Assembly (NCBI GenBank): GCA_964426185.1
Contig: CAYRPF010000073.1
Coordinates: 1-7,974 of the forward strand
Source: an uncultured archaeon
Lineage (GTDB): Archaea; Asgardarchaeota; Lokiarchaeia; Sigyniarchaeales; Promethearchaeaceae
Direction of reading: 5' to 3'
Length of the DNA: 7,974 nucleotides
Shown: one piece after another, positions 1 through 7,365 of the stretch
How the letters are laid out: each line of letters opens with the position of its first letter
How positions within the stretch are numbered: the first letter of the stretch is position 1
Made by a program: the position numbers and the translations under genes
Notes under the pieces: generated by a model
The model's input: the letters and a program-made list of their open reading frames with translations, nothing else
The model's database searches: none
What the model was told of the DNA's origin: nothing

Positions 1-2
1 TC

Positions 3-482
3 AATTATGTTACTGAGAGAAATGATGTTTTAGTTTATACAACTGAACCCTTGGATGAAGCTATAACAATATTCGGAAGTCCAGTCTTGGAATTTTATGG
101 GAGTTCTGATTGTGTAGACACTGATTGGTTCGCAACAATTGCTGAGGTGACTCCAGAAGGAAAAGCAATTTCATTTGGTGCAGCTAATTTTGGAATCAGT
201 TGTATTCGAGCACGTTACCGTGATTCGCTTTCTGAACCAAAACTTATGACCCCCCATCAAGTGTATAAGTTCAAATTATCGATTGATCCTCTATTCAATA
301 CGTTTAAAAAAGGAAATCGTATTCAATTGATTGTTACCAGCAGTGCTTTTCCAACTTACGCCAGAAATTTAAATACAGGAGAAAGAATCGGGTTTGGAAC
401 TGAAATAAAAATTGCCCATAATTCCATCCATCATGGTGGACAACTTCTTTCAAAATTGATTTTACCAGTGAAGCCGCGATAA
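3..482 (+). CDS. CocE/NonD family hydrolase (S15/PepX_C-like C-terminal domain), 5'-truncated by the window edge
   Basis: The frame is open from base 3 (NYVTERNDVLVYTTEPLDEAITIFGSP...). It has the typical CocE/NonD C-terminal motifs ERxDVLVYTTEPL, SSDxxDTDW, RARYR and FKKGxRIxLxVTSSxFPxYxRNLNTG. The TTG at 51 in the ORF track is internal. Confidence 0.9.
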   Translation, partial: NYVTERNDVLVYTTEPLDEAITIFGSPVLEFYGSSDCVDTDWFATIAEVTPEGKAISFGAANFGISCIRARYRDSLSEPKLMTPHQVYKFKLSIDPLFNTFKKGNRIQLIVTSSAFPTYARNLNTGERIGFGTEIKIAHNSIHHGGQLLSKLILPVKPR

Positions 483-489
483 GGATTTC

Positions 490-520
490 GGGCTTTACGT
501 AGCCCTTAGCCCTTTTTTTT
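490..520 (+). terminator. Hairpin plus T8 tract downstream of the CocE/NonD gene
   Basis: GGGCT (490-494) can pair with AGCCC (501-505 or 508-512), followed by T8 (513-520). The hairpin starts 7 nt after the stop codon. Confidence 0.65.
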
Positions 521-589
521 GGTTATTTTCCCTTTCCACCTCAATTTACCTCGTTTAAAGGTGAAATTGGTATTTTTACTGATTGCTAA

Positions 590-610
590 ATGTATACATC
601 GTGCAGACAA
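590..610 (+). promoter_or_regulatory. Putative operator, copy 1 (ATGTATACATCGTGCAGACAA), upstream of pepT
   Basis: A perfect 10-bp palindrome ATGTATACAT plus a degenerate second unit at an 11-bp period. It is 18/21 identical to the copy at 5117-5137 (-) and is followed by TATA-like TTTATAAT (613-620). Confidence 0.7.
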
Positions 611-670
611 AATTTATAATTCAAATTGAATAGTTATAATTTGATAACAATGGAATTTTACAGCAATCTA

Positions 671-1924
671 ATGATGGATGAAGAATTTGAAAAGGATTTA
701 ATAAGCAGATTTGTGAAATATGCGAAAATTCATACCACAAGTCAACCCGAAATTGAGAAAATCCCCAGCACACATCGACAATTCGAATTGGCGTATCTTT
801 TAGCAGAAGAATTGAAAACTATGGGCATCACCAATGTAAAAGTAAATGAAAAATGCGCTGTTCTAGCAACATTAGAATCAAATATCGAAAACGAAAATGT
901 TCCATGTGTTTGTTTCAATTCTCATTTAGATACAGCTGCGGATGAGTCTGGAAAAAATGTTAATCCACAAATTATAGATTATCATGGAGGCGATATTCAC
1001 CTTAACAATGAATTAGTAATAAAGGAACAAGAGATTCCCGAGCTAAAATCTTTGAAGGACTCCAAAATTATTACCACAGATGGAACAACACTATTGGGTG
1101 CAGACGATAAGGCAGGAATTGCTGAAATAATGACAGCAATTTCGGTTTTAAAAAAAAATAAGGAAATTAAGCATGGAAAAATCAAAATACTGTTCACTCC
1201 TGATGAAGAAATAGAGAAGGGGGCAGATTCAATTTCTATAGATGAAATTGGTGCCGATTTTGGATTTACAATTGATGGCGGAGAAATAGGATCCTTAGAA
1301 ATTGAAAACTTTAACGCTGCCTCAGGAAAAATATTTATAAAGGGAAACTACGCACATGAAGGTTACGCCTATGGAAAAATGATAAATAGTCTACGCTATA
1401 TCCCTTATATTTTAGATTTATTTCCAAAATCGGAAGCTCCCGAAACATCAAAAGATTATGACGGCTATTATCATCCCTATGAAATTAAAGGAAATGTCAG
1501 CTTAACTGAAATAGATTTTATTCTACGTGATTTTGATGAACCAAAATTAAAAGAAAAAATTCAAGCAATGCAAACAGGAATTTCCAAAATACAAAAACAA
1601 TGTCCAGAAGTGGATTTATCTATAAATATTAAGCGTTCCTATAAAAATATGAAAGCAATTCTTGACAAGCACCCCACAATAATAAAAATTGCAAAGGAGG
1701 CAATTGAGAAATCAGGCGCGAATCTTAAAATCACACCAGTGAGAGGCGGCACGGACGGGGCGCGATTTAGCTGGCGCGGTTTACCAACACCCAATATATT
1801 TACGGGAGGATATAACTTTCATACAAAGCTAGAATTTGCATCGGTAACAGGGATGAAGCAAGCAACTCTTACCATCTTAAATATCATTAAACTCACAGTT
1901 GAAGAATATATAAAAAAAAATTAA
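671..1924 (+). CDS. pepT: Peptidase T (tripeptide aminopeptidase, M20B family)
   Basis: Motifs: RFVKYAKIHTTS N-terminus, HLDT, TDGTTLLGADDKAG, FTPDEEI, TIDGG, ENFNAA, RGGTDG and PNIFTGGYNFH. The start is placed at ATG 671 (or 674; ATG 650 is also possible) because family similarity begins just after it. TTG 626 is unlikely. Confidence 0.92.
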   Translation: MMDEEFEKDLISRFVKYAKIHTTSQPEIEKIPSTHRQFELAYLLAEELKTMGITNVKVNEKCAVLATLESNIENENVPCVCFNSHLDTAADESGKNVNPQIIDYHGGDIHLNNELVIKEQEIPELKSLKDSKIITTDGTTLLGADDKAGIAEIMTAISVLKKNKEIKHGKIKILFTPDEEIEKGADSISIDEIGADFGFTIDGGEIGSLEIENFNAASGKIFIKGNYAHEGYAYGKMINSLRYIPYILDLFPKSEAPETSKDYDGYYHPYEIKGNVSLTEIDFILRDFDEPKLKEKIQAMQTGISKIQKQCPEVDLSINIKRSYKNMKAILDKHPTIIKIAKEAIEKSGANLKITPVRGGTDGARFSWRGLPTPNIFTGGYNFHTKLEFASVTGMKQATLTILNIIKLTVEEYIKKN

Positions 1925-3267
1925 CACCCATCCAAATCAAGACCATTGGATTTCATTTTTTCGATTAATGAAGCCAATGGTGGATTGTGATGTGATTCCA
2001 TATTAATTTTTTTGTTTTTTACAACAATATACCCATCTCGAATTACAAGATCAATATTTTTGATGGATGCTAGATCTTTATCTGGTTGTCCGTTTACCAC
2101 AATTAGATCTGCTAATTTTCCTGGTTCGAGAGTCCCCAATTTATCGGACATATCCAATATTTTTGAATTAACACGAGTTGCCATGCAAAGAACTTCACTG
2201 GCAGAAAAGCCTAATTCTTCTAAATTATGCAATTCCATATAATAAACATCAGCAATAGCGGGAAAGACTTCATAGAAAATATCCGTTCCAATTCCCATCT
2301 CAATACCGGCATCTTTCATTTTTCTTACGGTAGAGCGAATGGTATCTTTGGTTAAAGTAAATCTTCTAGTTGAATTCCCAAAATAACCACCTTCTGAGTC
2401 AATAATTATATCATAGGGAATCAAAGTAGGGACAGAATATACTTTTCGCTCGGCCATTAATTGGATAACTTGATCAGTTCGGGGTAGAGAATGTTCCACT
2501 ACATCAACACCAGCTTTGACCGCCTTTTCAATGTAATCTCGTTCAGCGTCTGTCGTAATTTTTAATCCAAGGGAGTGGGCTTCATCAACTGCAGCTTCGA
2601 TCTCTTCTTGTGAAAATGGACTACCGGTTTTGATGAAATCAGCCCCTTTTTTGAACTGATAGCGAACTTTATCCCGCCACTCGTGTGGTCCTGAAGCTTC
2701 ACATGTGAAGATCTCCAATGAATTCCCAAGCTTCACACTACTTGTACCGTGACCACCAGTTGATGTGATTAATTGTCCCGCAGGAAAAATGCGCGGTCCA
2801 GGGATGGAATTTTTTGCCACCCAATCCTTTAACCTAAAGGCAAAGGTTCCTGCACTTGCACAATCCCTGATAGAAGTAATTCCAGATTCGATGTAGTAAG
2901 TCATGCGCTCTAGAGCGCGTAAGGTACAGTCTGCAACATCGATAGCAAGGGATAGGGGAAGCTTCGAAGAAGTAAGATCTAAGTGGGTATGAGCATCAAT
3001 CAAACCAGGCATTATCGTTTTCCCTTCAAGATCAATAATTTCAGCATTTTTAGGGAATTCATGCGTTGCACCAGTAACTACAGAATGAACTTTATTTTTA
3101 TGCAAGACAATAGAGCCATTATAGGCAGATTTTCCCGTGCCGTCAAAAATCCGGGCATTCTTCAAAACTAAAATGCGATTTGGACCTAGAGGGTCAGGTT
3201 TTCTTGGAATTCTTCTTGGATCATCAGAAACTGTGGTTATATTCTCATCCAACCATTGATTTTTCAT
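1921..3267 (-). CDS. Metal-dependent amidohydrolase (Amidohydro_1; Xaa-Pro dipeptidase/imidazolonepropionase-like), substrate unknown
   Basis: Motifs: PGLIDAHTH (H93, H95), GITSIRD, TGGHG, GADFIK (K213), EH (H259), GTD (D329) and C-terminal GTLEPGKLADLIVV. Confidence 0.88.
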   Translation of the reverse strand: MKNQWLDENITTVSDDPRRIPRKPDPLGPNRILVLKNARIFDGTGKSAYNGSIVLHKNKVHSVVTGATHEFPKNAEIIDLEGKTIMPGLIDAHTHLDLTSSKLPLSLAIDVADCTLRALERMTYYIESGITSIRDCASAGTFAFRLKDWVAKNSIPGPRIFPAGQLITSTGGHGTSSVKLGNSLEIFTCEASGPHEWRDKVRYQFKKGADFIKTGSPFSQEEIEAAVDEAHSLGLKITTDAERDYIEKAVKAGVDVVEHSLPRTDQVIQLMAERKVYSVPTLIPYDIIIDSEGGYFGNSTRRFTLTKDTIRSTVRKMKDAGIEMGIGTDIFYEVFPAIADVYYMELHNLEELGFSASEVLCMATRVNSKILDMSDKLGTLEPGKLADLIVVNGQPDKDLASIKNIDLVIRDGYIVVKNKKINMESHHNPPLASLIEKMKSNGLDLDGC

Positions 3268-3327
3268 TATATATCACTTTCATTATTTCATTATTATGCC
3301 ATCATTATTTCTTCATTATGTCAATAT
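3264..3327 (-). repeat. Cluster of ATAATGA heptamers between the two amidohydrolase genes
   Basis: On the + strand, TCATTAT occurs at 3264, 3280, 3288, 3302 and 3313, with a one-mismatch copy TCAATAT at 3321. Confidence 0.75.
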
Positions 3328-3331
3328 TATT

Positions 3332-5056
3332 TTAGAGAAATCTTCCTGCTTTAGCACCCGTATGTTTCTTGTCTTTAGCTGTAATCTGCCCATTAATAAT
3401 GACATAATTTATCCCATCCGGAAATGTTCCTGGAGTAATATAATTCTCATTTGTTGCCAAATTTTTTGGTGAAAACACAACGATATCAGCATAATTACCT
3501 TCTTTTAAAACACCGCGATCTTTTATGTTGAATACTTCGGCGGGTAGCCCTGTCATTGCCCGAATAGAGTCTTCAAGCCTCTCTTTAGGGTATTGGGTCA
3601 AATATCTAATGGTATAACAGAAGTTGTTCGGATGTGGATAGACATTTAAAGGAAAATCCAGCCCGAATTCAGAATCTTGATTAAACGACAGCCCATCAGA
3701 ACAGGGCATTGAAAGAGGATGTTTCAATATTTCTTGTATCCACTCGTTTGGTGTGTTGATATCAAAACGAATTTTGGTATAAGGGGCTCTTTTGCAGATT
3801 TCAATCATAGCATCGATGAAGTTCCATCCCTTTTCTTTCATGATTGTTCGTACAGATTTATTTTCAAATTCTTTAACTTCTGATTTGACAATAAAAATCA
3901 TTTCGTCAAACGGCCATTCTCCCAGTTTAAGCCATCCATATTCATTATTTTTCACATCGCGTTTGATGGCTTCAACATAATCGGGAATATTTAAATTGCG
4001 AAGAAATTGATCATAAGAACCTGCCGCTAGAACCCAAGGCCTAAAAAATCTGCCAAAATTGGGATTAGAAGACCCTCCACCAGAAATACTTGGAATTACA
4101 TCGAAGAACACATCAATTCCTTCTTGTCGGGCATTATTAATTAGATCTACTATAATTTGAGTTGCTTTTTTCTTTTTTTCTAAAGGATCTGCAGATGAAA
4201 GTAACATTGCTGGGAACATATGAGAAAGTTCTGCACTAATATTTGCATTTCTAGCAATTTTAATGGCTTCTTTAATCCCTTTAATTGTACCTAGTTCATC
4301 TTCTTCATCTACATTGTCCATTTGCCGAAAATGAGTTGCATATATCCCTCCAAATTCCTTAGCAACCTTGGCTAATTCTATAATTTCTTCGGTGTTTGCA
4401 TAAGACCCAATATAATCTAATCCTGTTGAGAAACCTCTACAGCCCGCTTTCATTGCTTGTTTTACCAGTTCTTTCATTTTTTCCAATTCTTCGGCTATAG
4501 GCTCTCTCTTATAATCTTTTCCGAGAACGGCAGTTCTAATGGTGTTATGGCCTACTAACTGATACATATTTACGGAAAATCCTTGCTTTTCAGCTTTAGT
4601 AAAAAATTCCGCCATAGTTTTATAATCTAAATCAAGATTATAGAGAGATTTAAAGGCTTCCCTCATCTTGTCTAAATCAACAAATAGATCCATGTCTTTG
4701 TAATACGAGGGCTTAACTTTATATAATAGATTAAATTCCCAAGCTGTAAACAAATATAAATCTGTCAGTGGGGCAGGAGAAAAACCGCAATTTCCCCCAA
4801 TTGTGGTCGTGATACCTTGCATCACATTAGCTTCGTTTTCTGGCCAGACTAGAAGGCTGAGATCTGCATGGGAGTGAGGATCAATAAACCCAGGTGAAAC
4901 AATCTTACCTTTTGCATCAATTACTTCTTTTGCCTCTAAAGATCTTAGATCTCCGATCTGAACAATCTTATCTTCTTTTATTGCTAGATCTGCTTTAAAT
5001 CTATCCTTTCCAGTTCCATCAATTATAGTTCCATTCTTAACTATTATATCCATCAT
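3332..5056 (-). CDS. N-acyl-D-amino-acid deacylase (D-aminoacylase)-family amidohydrolase
   Basis: Motifs: NGTIIDGTG, PGFIDPHSHAD, QGITT..GNCGFSPAP, GHNTIR, GFSTGLDY, YATHFR, SH, SDG, PHP and RGVLKEGNYADIVVF, ending in TGAKAGRFL. The start is ATG 5056 or 5053. Confidence 0.88.
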   Translation of the reverse strand: MMDIIVKNGTIIDGTGKDRFKADLAIKEDKIVQIGDLRSLEAKEVIDAKGKIVSPGFIDPHSHADLSLLVWPENEANVMQGITTTIGGNCGFSPAPLTDLYLFTAWEFNLLYKVKPSYYKDMDLFVDLDKMREAFKSLYNLDLDYKTMAEFFTKAEKQGFSVNMYQLVGHNTIRTAVLGKDYKREPIAEELEKMKELVKQAMKAGCRGFSTGLDYIGSYANTEEIIELAKVAKEFGGIYATHFRQMDNVDEEDELGTIKGIKEAIKIARNANISAELSHMFPAMLLSSADPLEKKKKATQIIVDLINNARQEGIDVFFDVIPSISGGGSSNPNFGRFFRPWVLAAGSYDQFLRNLNIPDYVEAIKRDVKNNEYGWLKLGEWPFDEMIFIVKSEVKEFENKSVRTIMKEKGWNFIDAMIEICKRAPYTKIRFDINTPNEWIQEILKHPLSMPCSDGLSFNQDSEFGLDFPLNVYPHPNNFCYTIRYLTQYPKERLEDSIRAMTGLPAEVFNIKDRGVLKEGNYADIVVFSPKNLATNENYITPGTFPDGINYVIINGQITAKDKKHTGAKAGRFL

Positions 5057-5116
5057 GATTTTTCACTTCAGAACTAACTTGCTATTTATTTAGATGTTAA
5101 CTATGATTTTATTTAA

Positions 5117-5137
5117 TTGTATGCATTATGTATACAT
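5117..5137 (-). promoter_or_regulatory. Putative operator, copy 2 (ATGTATACATAATGCATACAA on the - strand), upstream of the D-aminoacylase-like gene
   Basis: Perfect palindrome ATGTATACAT at 5128-5137 plus TTGTATGCAT at 5117-5126, at an 11-bp period. Confidence 0.7.
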
Positions 5138-5305
5138 GAAATTTTGATTATTGTTATTTCTTTTTCATGTAAATTCATCTGATATTGAATATGCCAATAA
5201 TAATAAAAGAATGAAGCAAATCTACTAAAATTTGAGATATTCTCTGAAGTAGTCGAAAAATCATCCAAAATAATACAAAAATGAAAAAATTCTCCAAAGT
5301 AATGG

Positions 5306-5347
5306 AAAGATTTAAATGATAACGGCAAGTATACATTAAGTATACAC
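5306..5347 (+). promoter_or_regulatory. TATA-like box (TTTAAAT, 5311-5317) and putative operator copy 3 (AAGTATACATTAAGTATACAC, 5327-5347) upstream of the osmC-like gene
   Basis: A purine-rich stretch precedes TTTAAAT (BRE/TATA-like). AAGTATACA is directly repeated at an 11-bp period and the 21-mer is 16/21 identical to copy 2. Confidence 0.62.
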
Positions 5348-5366
5348 GATTAAGAGGATTGATCAA

Positions 5367-5930
5367 ATGCTATTAGAACCTAAACTTGTAAAACAAATGG
5401 TTAAAGAAACTGAAGAAATGCGAAAAAAAATTCAAAATTCTGGAGAAAATCTGCTGGAATCAGAATATATATATACGAGTAAAGTAAAGGCTCACCAAGT
5501 AGAAAAAATGCAAATTGAAATTTCTACTGCAAACCATAAAGTAATTGTTGATGAACCCAAACCCTTCGGTAAAGACGAAGGAGCATCGCCTATAGACCTT
5601 TTGCTCGCTGCTTATGCAGGGTGTTTCCAGATAACCTTAATTTTTCTAAGTTGTGCGAGTAACCTAGATGTAGAAGATATAAAGGTAGAAATCTCGGCGC
5701 AAATGGATGCACGTGATGGTTTTAGGGGTCCAAAATCGCCCCCACCTCGGATAAAGAGCATGAAAATTCTAACAATTTTCAAAACTTCTGAACCGGAAAA
5801 GAAAATTCAACGAATAATCAGAAAAGCAAAACATGATTGTTCTGTTGGTGGTTCTCTTCATCCAGACATAAAAAAAGAATATATCCTAGAAATTGTCCCT
5901 ATGTCTCAAAATTCTGAAAAAGAAGAGTAA
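5367..5930 (+). CDS. OsmC/Ohr-family protein
   Basis: DEPxxxGxDxGASPxDLLLAAYAGC (C86) and a second conserved Cys in CSVxxSL (C158). It has an N-terminal extension of roughly 30 aa, and GAGG lies upstream of the start. Confidence 0.85.
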   Translation: MLLEPKLVKQMVKETEEMRKKIQNSGENLLESEYIYTSKVKAHQVEKMQIEISTANHKVIVDEPKPFGKDEGASPIDLLLAAYAGCFQITLIFLSCASNLDVEDIKVEISAQMDARDGFRGPKSPPPRIKSMKILTIFKTSEPEKKIQRIIRKAKHDCSVGGSLHPDIKKEYILEIVPMSQNSEKEE

Positions 5931-5935
5931 TTAAA

Positions 5936-7318
5936 ATGAACTTACAACAATTTTTAAAAGAAAATGTAGTCCCTGCCATTGGATGTACGGATCCCGTTGC
6001 TATTGCTTTTGCATCTTCTGTTGCTTACAATTCTCTTTTCTATGAAAAATTTGATTCAACTATTCCATTATCTGAGCAGTTTAAAAAAAACACTCCTGTT
6101 CCGATAATCGAGAATATTACTAAATTATCAATTCGGACGGATAAAGGATTATTTAAGAACGCATATGCTATAACCATTCCTGCTTCTAACAATCGAAAAA
6201 GTATGAAAATTGTTGCAGCAATGGGAATTTTTGGCAATCCTGCCTTAAAGTTGGGGATTTTGGGAAATCTTTCTCCCGACGTCATTCCAAAAGCTGACAA
6301 AATTGTGAAGTTGGGGTTAATTGAAGCAGGAGTTATCAATGATAATTCTTTTAATTCACAATTGAGAATTGAAATTGAATTAGAATACAAAAAGAGTACT
6401 ACTGATCAAAAATATGAAAAAATCTTTGTGAGAATGCTTGATAGCTATTCGTATATCAACTGTATTAGGGCAAGAGATTCTTCAGGTAATGAAATAACCA
6501 TCTATGACCAACAAAAAATGGATTCCGATAATACAAAGAAAAATGAGCAATTTCCTGATACGATCGAAGAATTATGGCATATCGCTACCGAAGCTGATCA
6601 AGAGATTTTAAAACAAATAAAGACGGGCATTGACATGAATTATGATATTGCTAAAAAAGGATTATCAGAAAAATATGGCGCAGGATTTGGATGGGCATTA
6701 AGAGAAATTGCTATTAAAACTGATTGTGAACATTCCCTTCCAATTAAGGTTAAGTATCATGCTGCAGCTGCCGCAGATGCACGAATGGGAGGGTGTCCTA
6801 TGCCCGTTATGACTACGTCAGGTTCTGGTAATCAAGGCATAACTGCGACTTTGCCCGTTTTCTTTGTTGCGAAAGCCTATAATAAGTCTGAAGAACTTCT
6901 GTACAGGGCGGTCTTGTTTTCTCACCTCGTTAATCATTTCTGCGCCATTAATTTAGGATTATTATCCCCATTATGTGGAACTATCACCAAAGCTGCGATG
7001 GGTGCAGCTTCTGGAATCATCTATTTAATGGGCGGAACTTTAGAAAACGTTCATACTGCAATAAACCTTTTGGCCGGAGGTATGGTTGGAATGTTGTGTG
7101 ATGGTGCAAAAGATGGATGTGCCCTTAAAGTAAGTTATTCTTCTCAAGCAGCCGTTGAAAGTGCGTTCATGGCATTATCAAATTATAGGTTGTCAGATGA
7201 AAATGGAATTGTTTGTTCAAATGCACTTGATACTATAAAAACCATAGGGCAATTAGCAATACAGATGAAAGATACTGATGATGAAATCTTAAAAATTATG
7301 ATTTCAAAGAAGAAGTAA
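5936..7318 (+). CDS. L-cysteine desulfidase-like protein (CdsB/YhaM/CyuA, UPF0597; serine dehydratase alpha-like fold)
   Basis: Motifs: PAIGCTDP (C17), AAAADARMGG, SGSGNQGI, LSxLCG (C347) and GMLCDGAKxGCALK (C388, C395). All four family cysteines are present. Confidence 0.88.
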   Translation: MNLQQFLKENVVPAIGCTDPVAIAFASSVAYNSLFYEKFDSTIPLSEQFKKNTPVPIIENITKLSIRTDKGLFKNAYAITIPASNNRKSMKIVAAMGIFGNPALKLGILGNLSPDVIPKADKIVKLGLIEAGVINDNSFNSQLRIEIELEYKKSTTDQKYEKIFVRMLDSYSYINCIRARDSSGNEITIYDQQKMDSDNTKKNEQFPDTIEELWHIATEADQEILKQIKTGIDMNYDIAKKGLSEKYGAGFGWALREIAIKTDCEHSLPIKVKYHAAAAADARMGGCPMPVMTTSGSGNQGITATLPVFFVAKAYNKSEELLYRAVLFSHLVNHFCAINLGLLSPLCGTITKAAMGAASGIIYLMGGTLENVHTAINLLAGGMVGMLCDGAKDGCALKVSYSSQAAVESAFMALSNYRLSDENGIVCSNALDTIKTIGQLAIQMKDTDDEILKIMISKKK

Positions 7319-7365
7319 CCTTTTTTTCAACACAACAAATAATTGCAATAAAAAGATGATGAAAT

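Noticed and set aside
51-53. TTG start for the first ORF
   Set aside because: The frame is open to the window edge and the conserved ERNDVLVYTTEPL motif lies upstream, so the gene starts outside the window.
626-670. N-terminal extension of PepT from TTG 626
   Set aside because: It shows no family similarity, lies in AT-rich promoter-like DNA, and in-frame ATGs at 671/674 fit the PepT N-terminus better.
997-1197. 66-aa minus-strand ORF
   Set aside because: Antisense shadow of pepT with no recognisable motif.
2012-3980. Plus-strand ORFs 2012-2242, 2983-3171 and 3792-3980
   Set aside because: Short antisense shadows within well-supported amidohydrolase genes.
5113-5366. Two overlapping minus-strand ORFs (71 and 63 aa) in the divergent intergenic region
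   Set aside because: Their F/I/L-rich composition is typical of AT-rich non-coding DNA, they have no HTH or other motif, and they overlap the putative operators.
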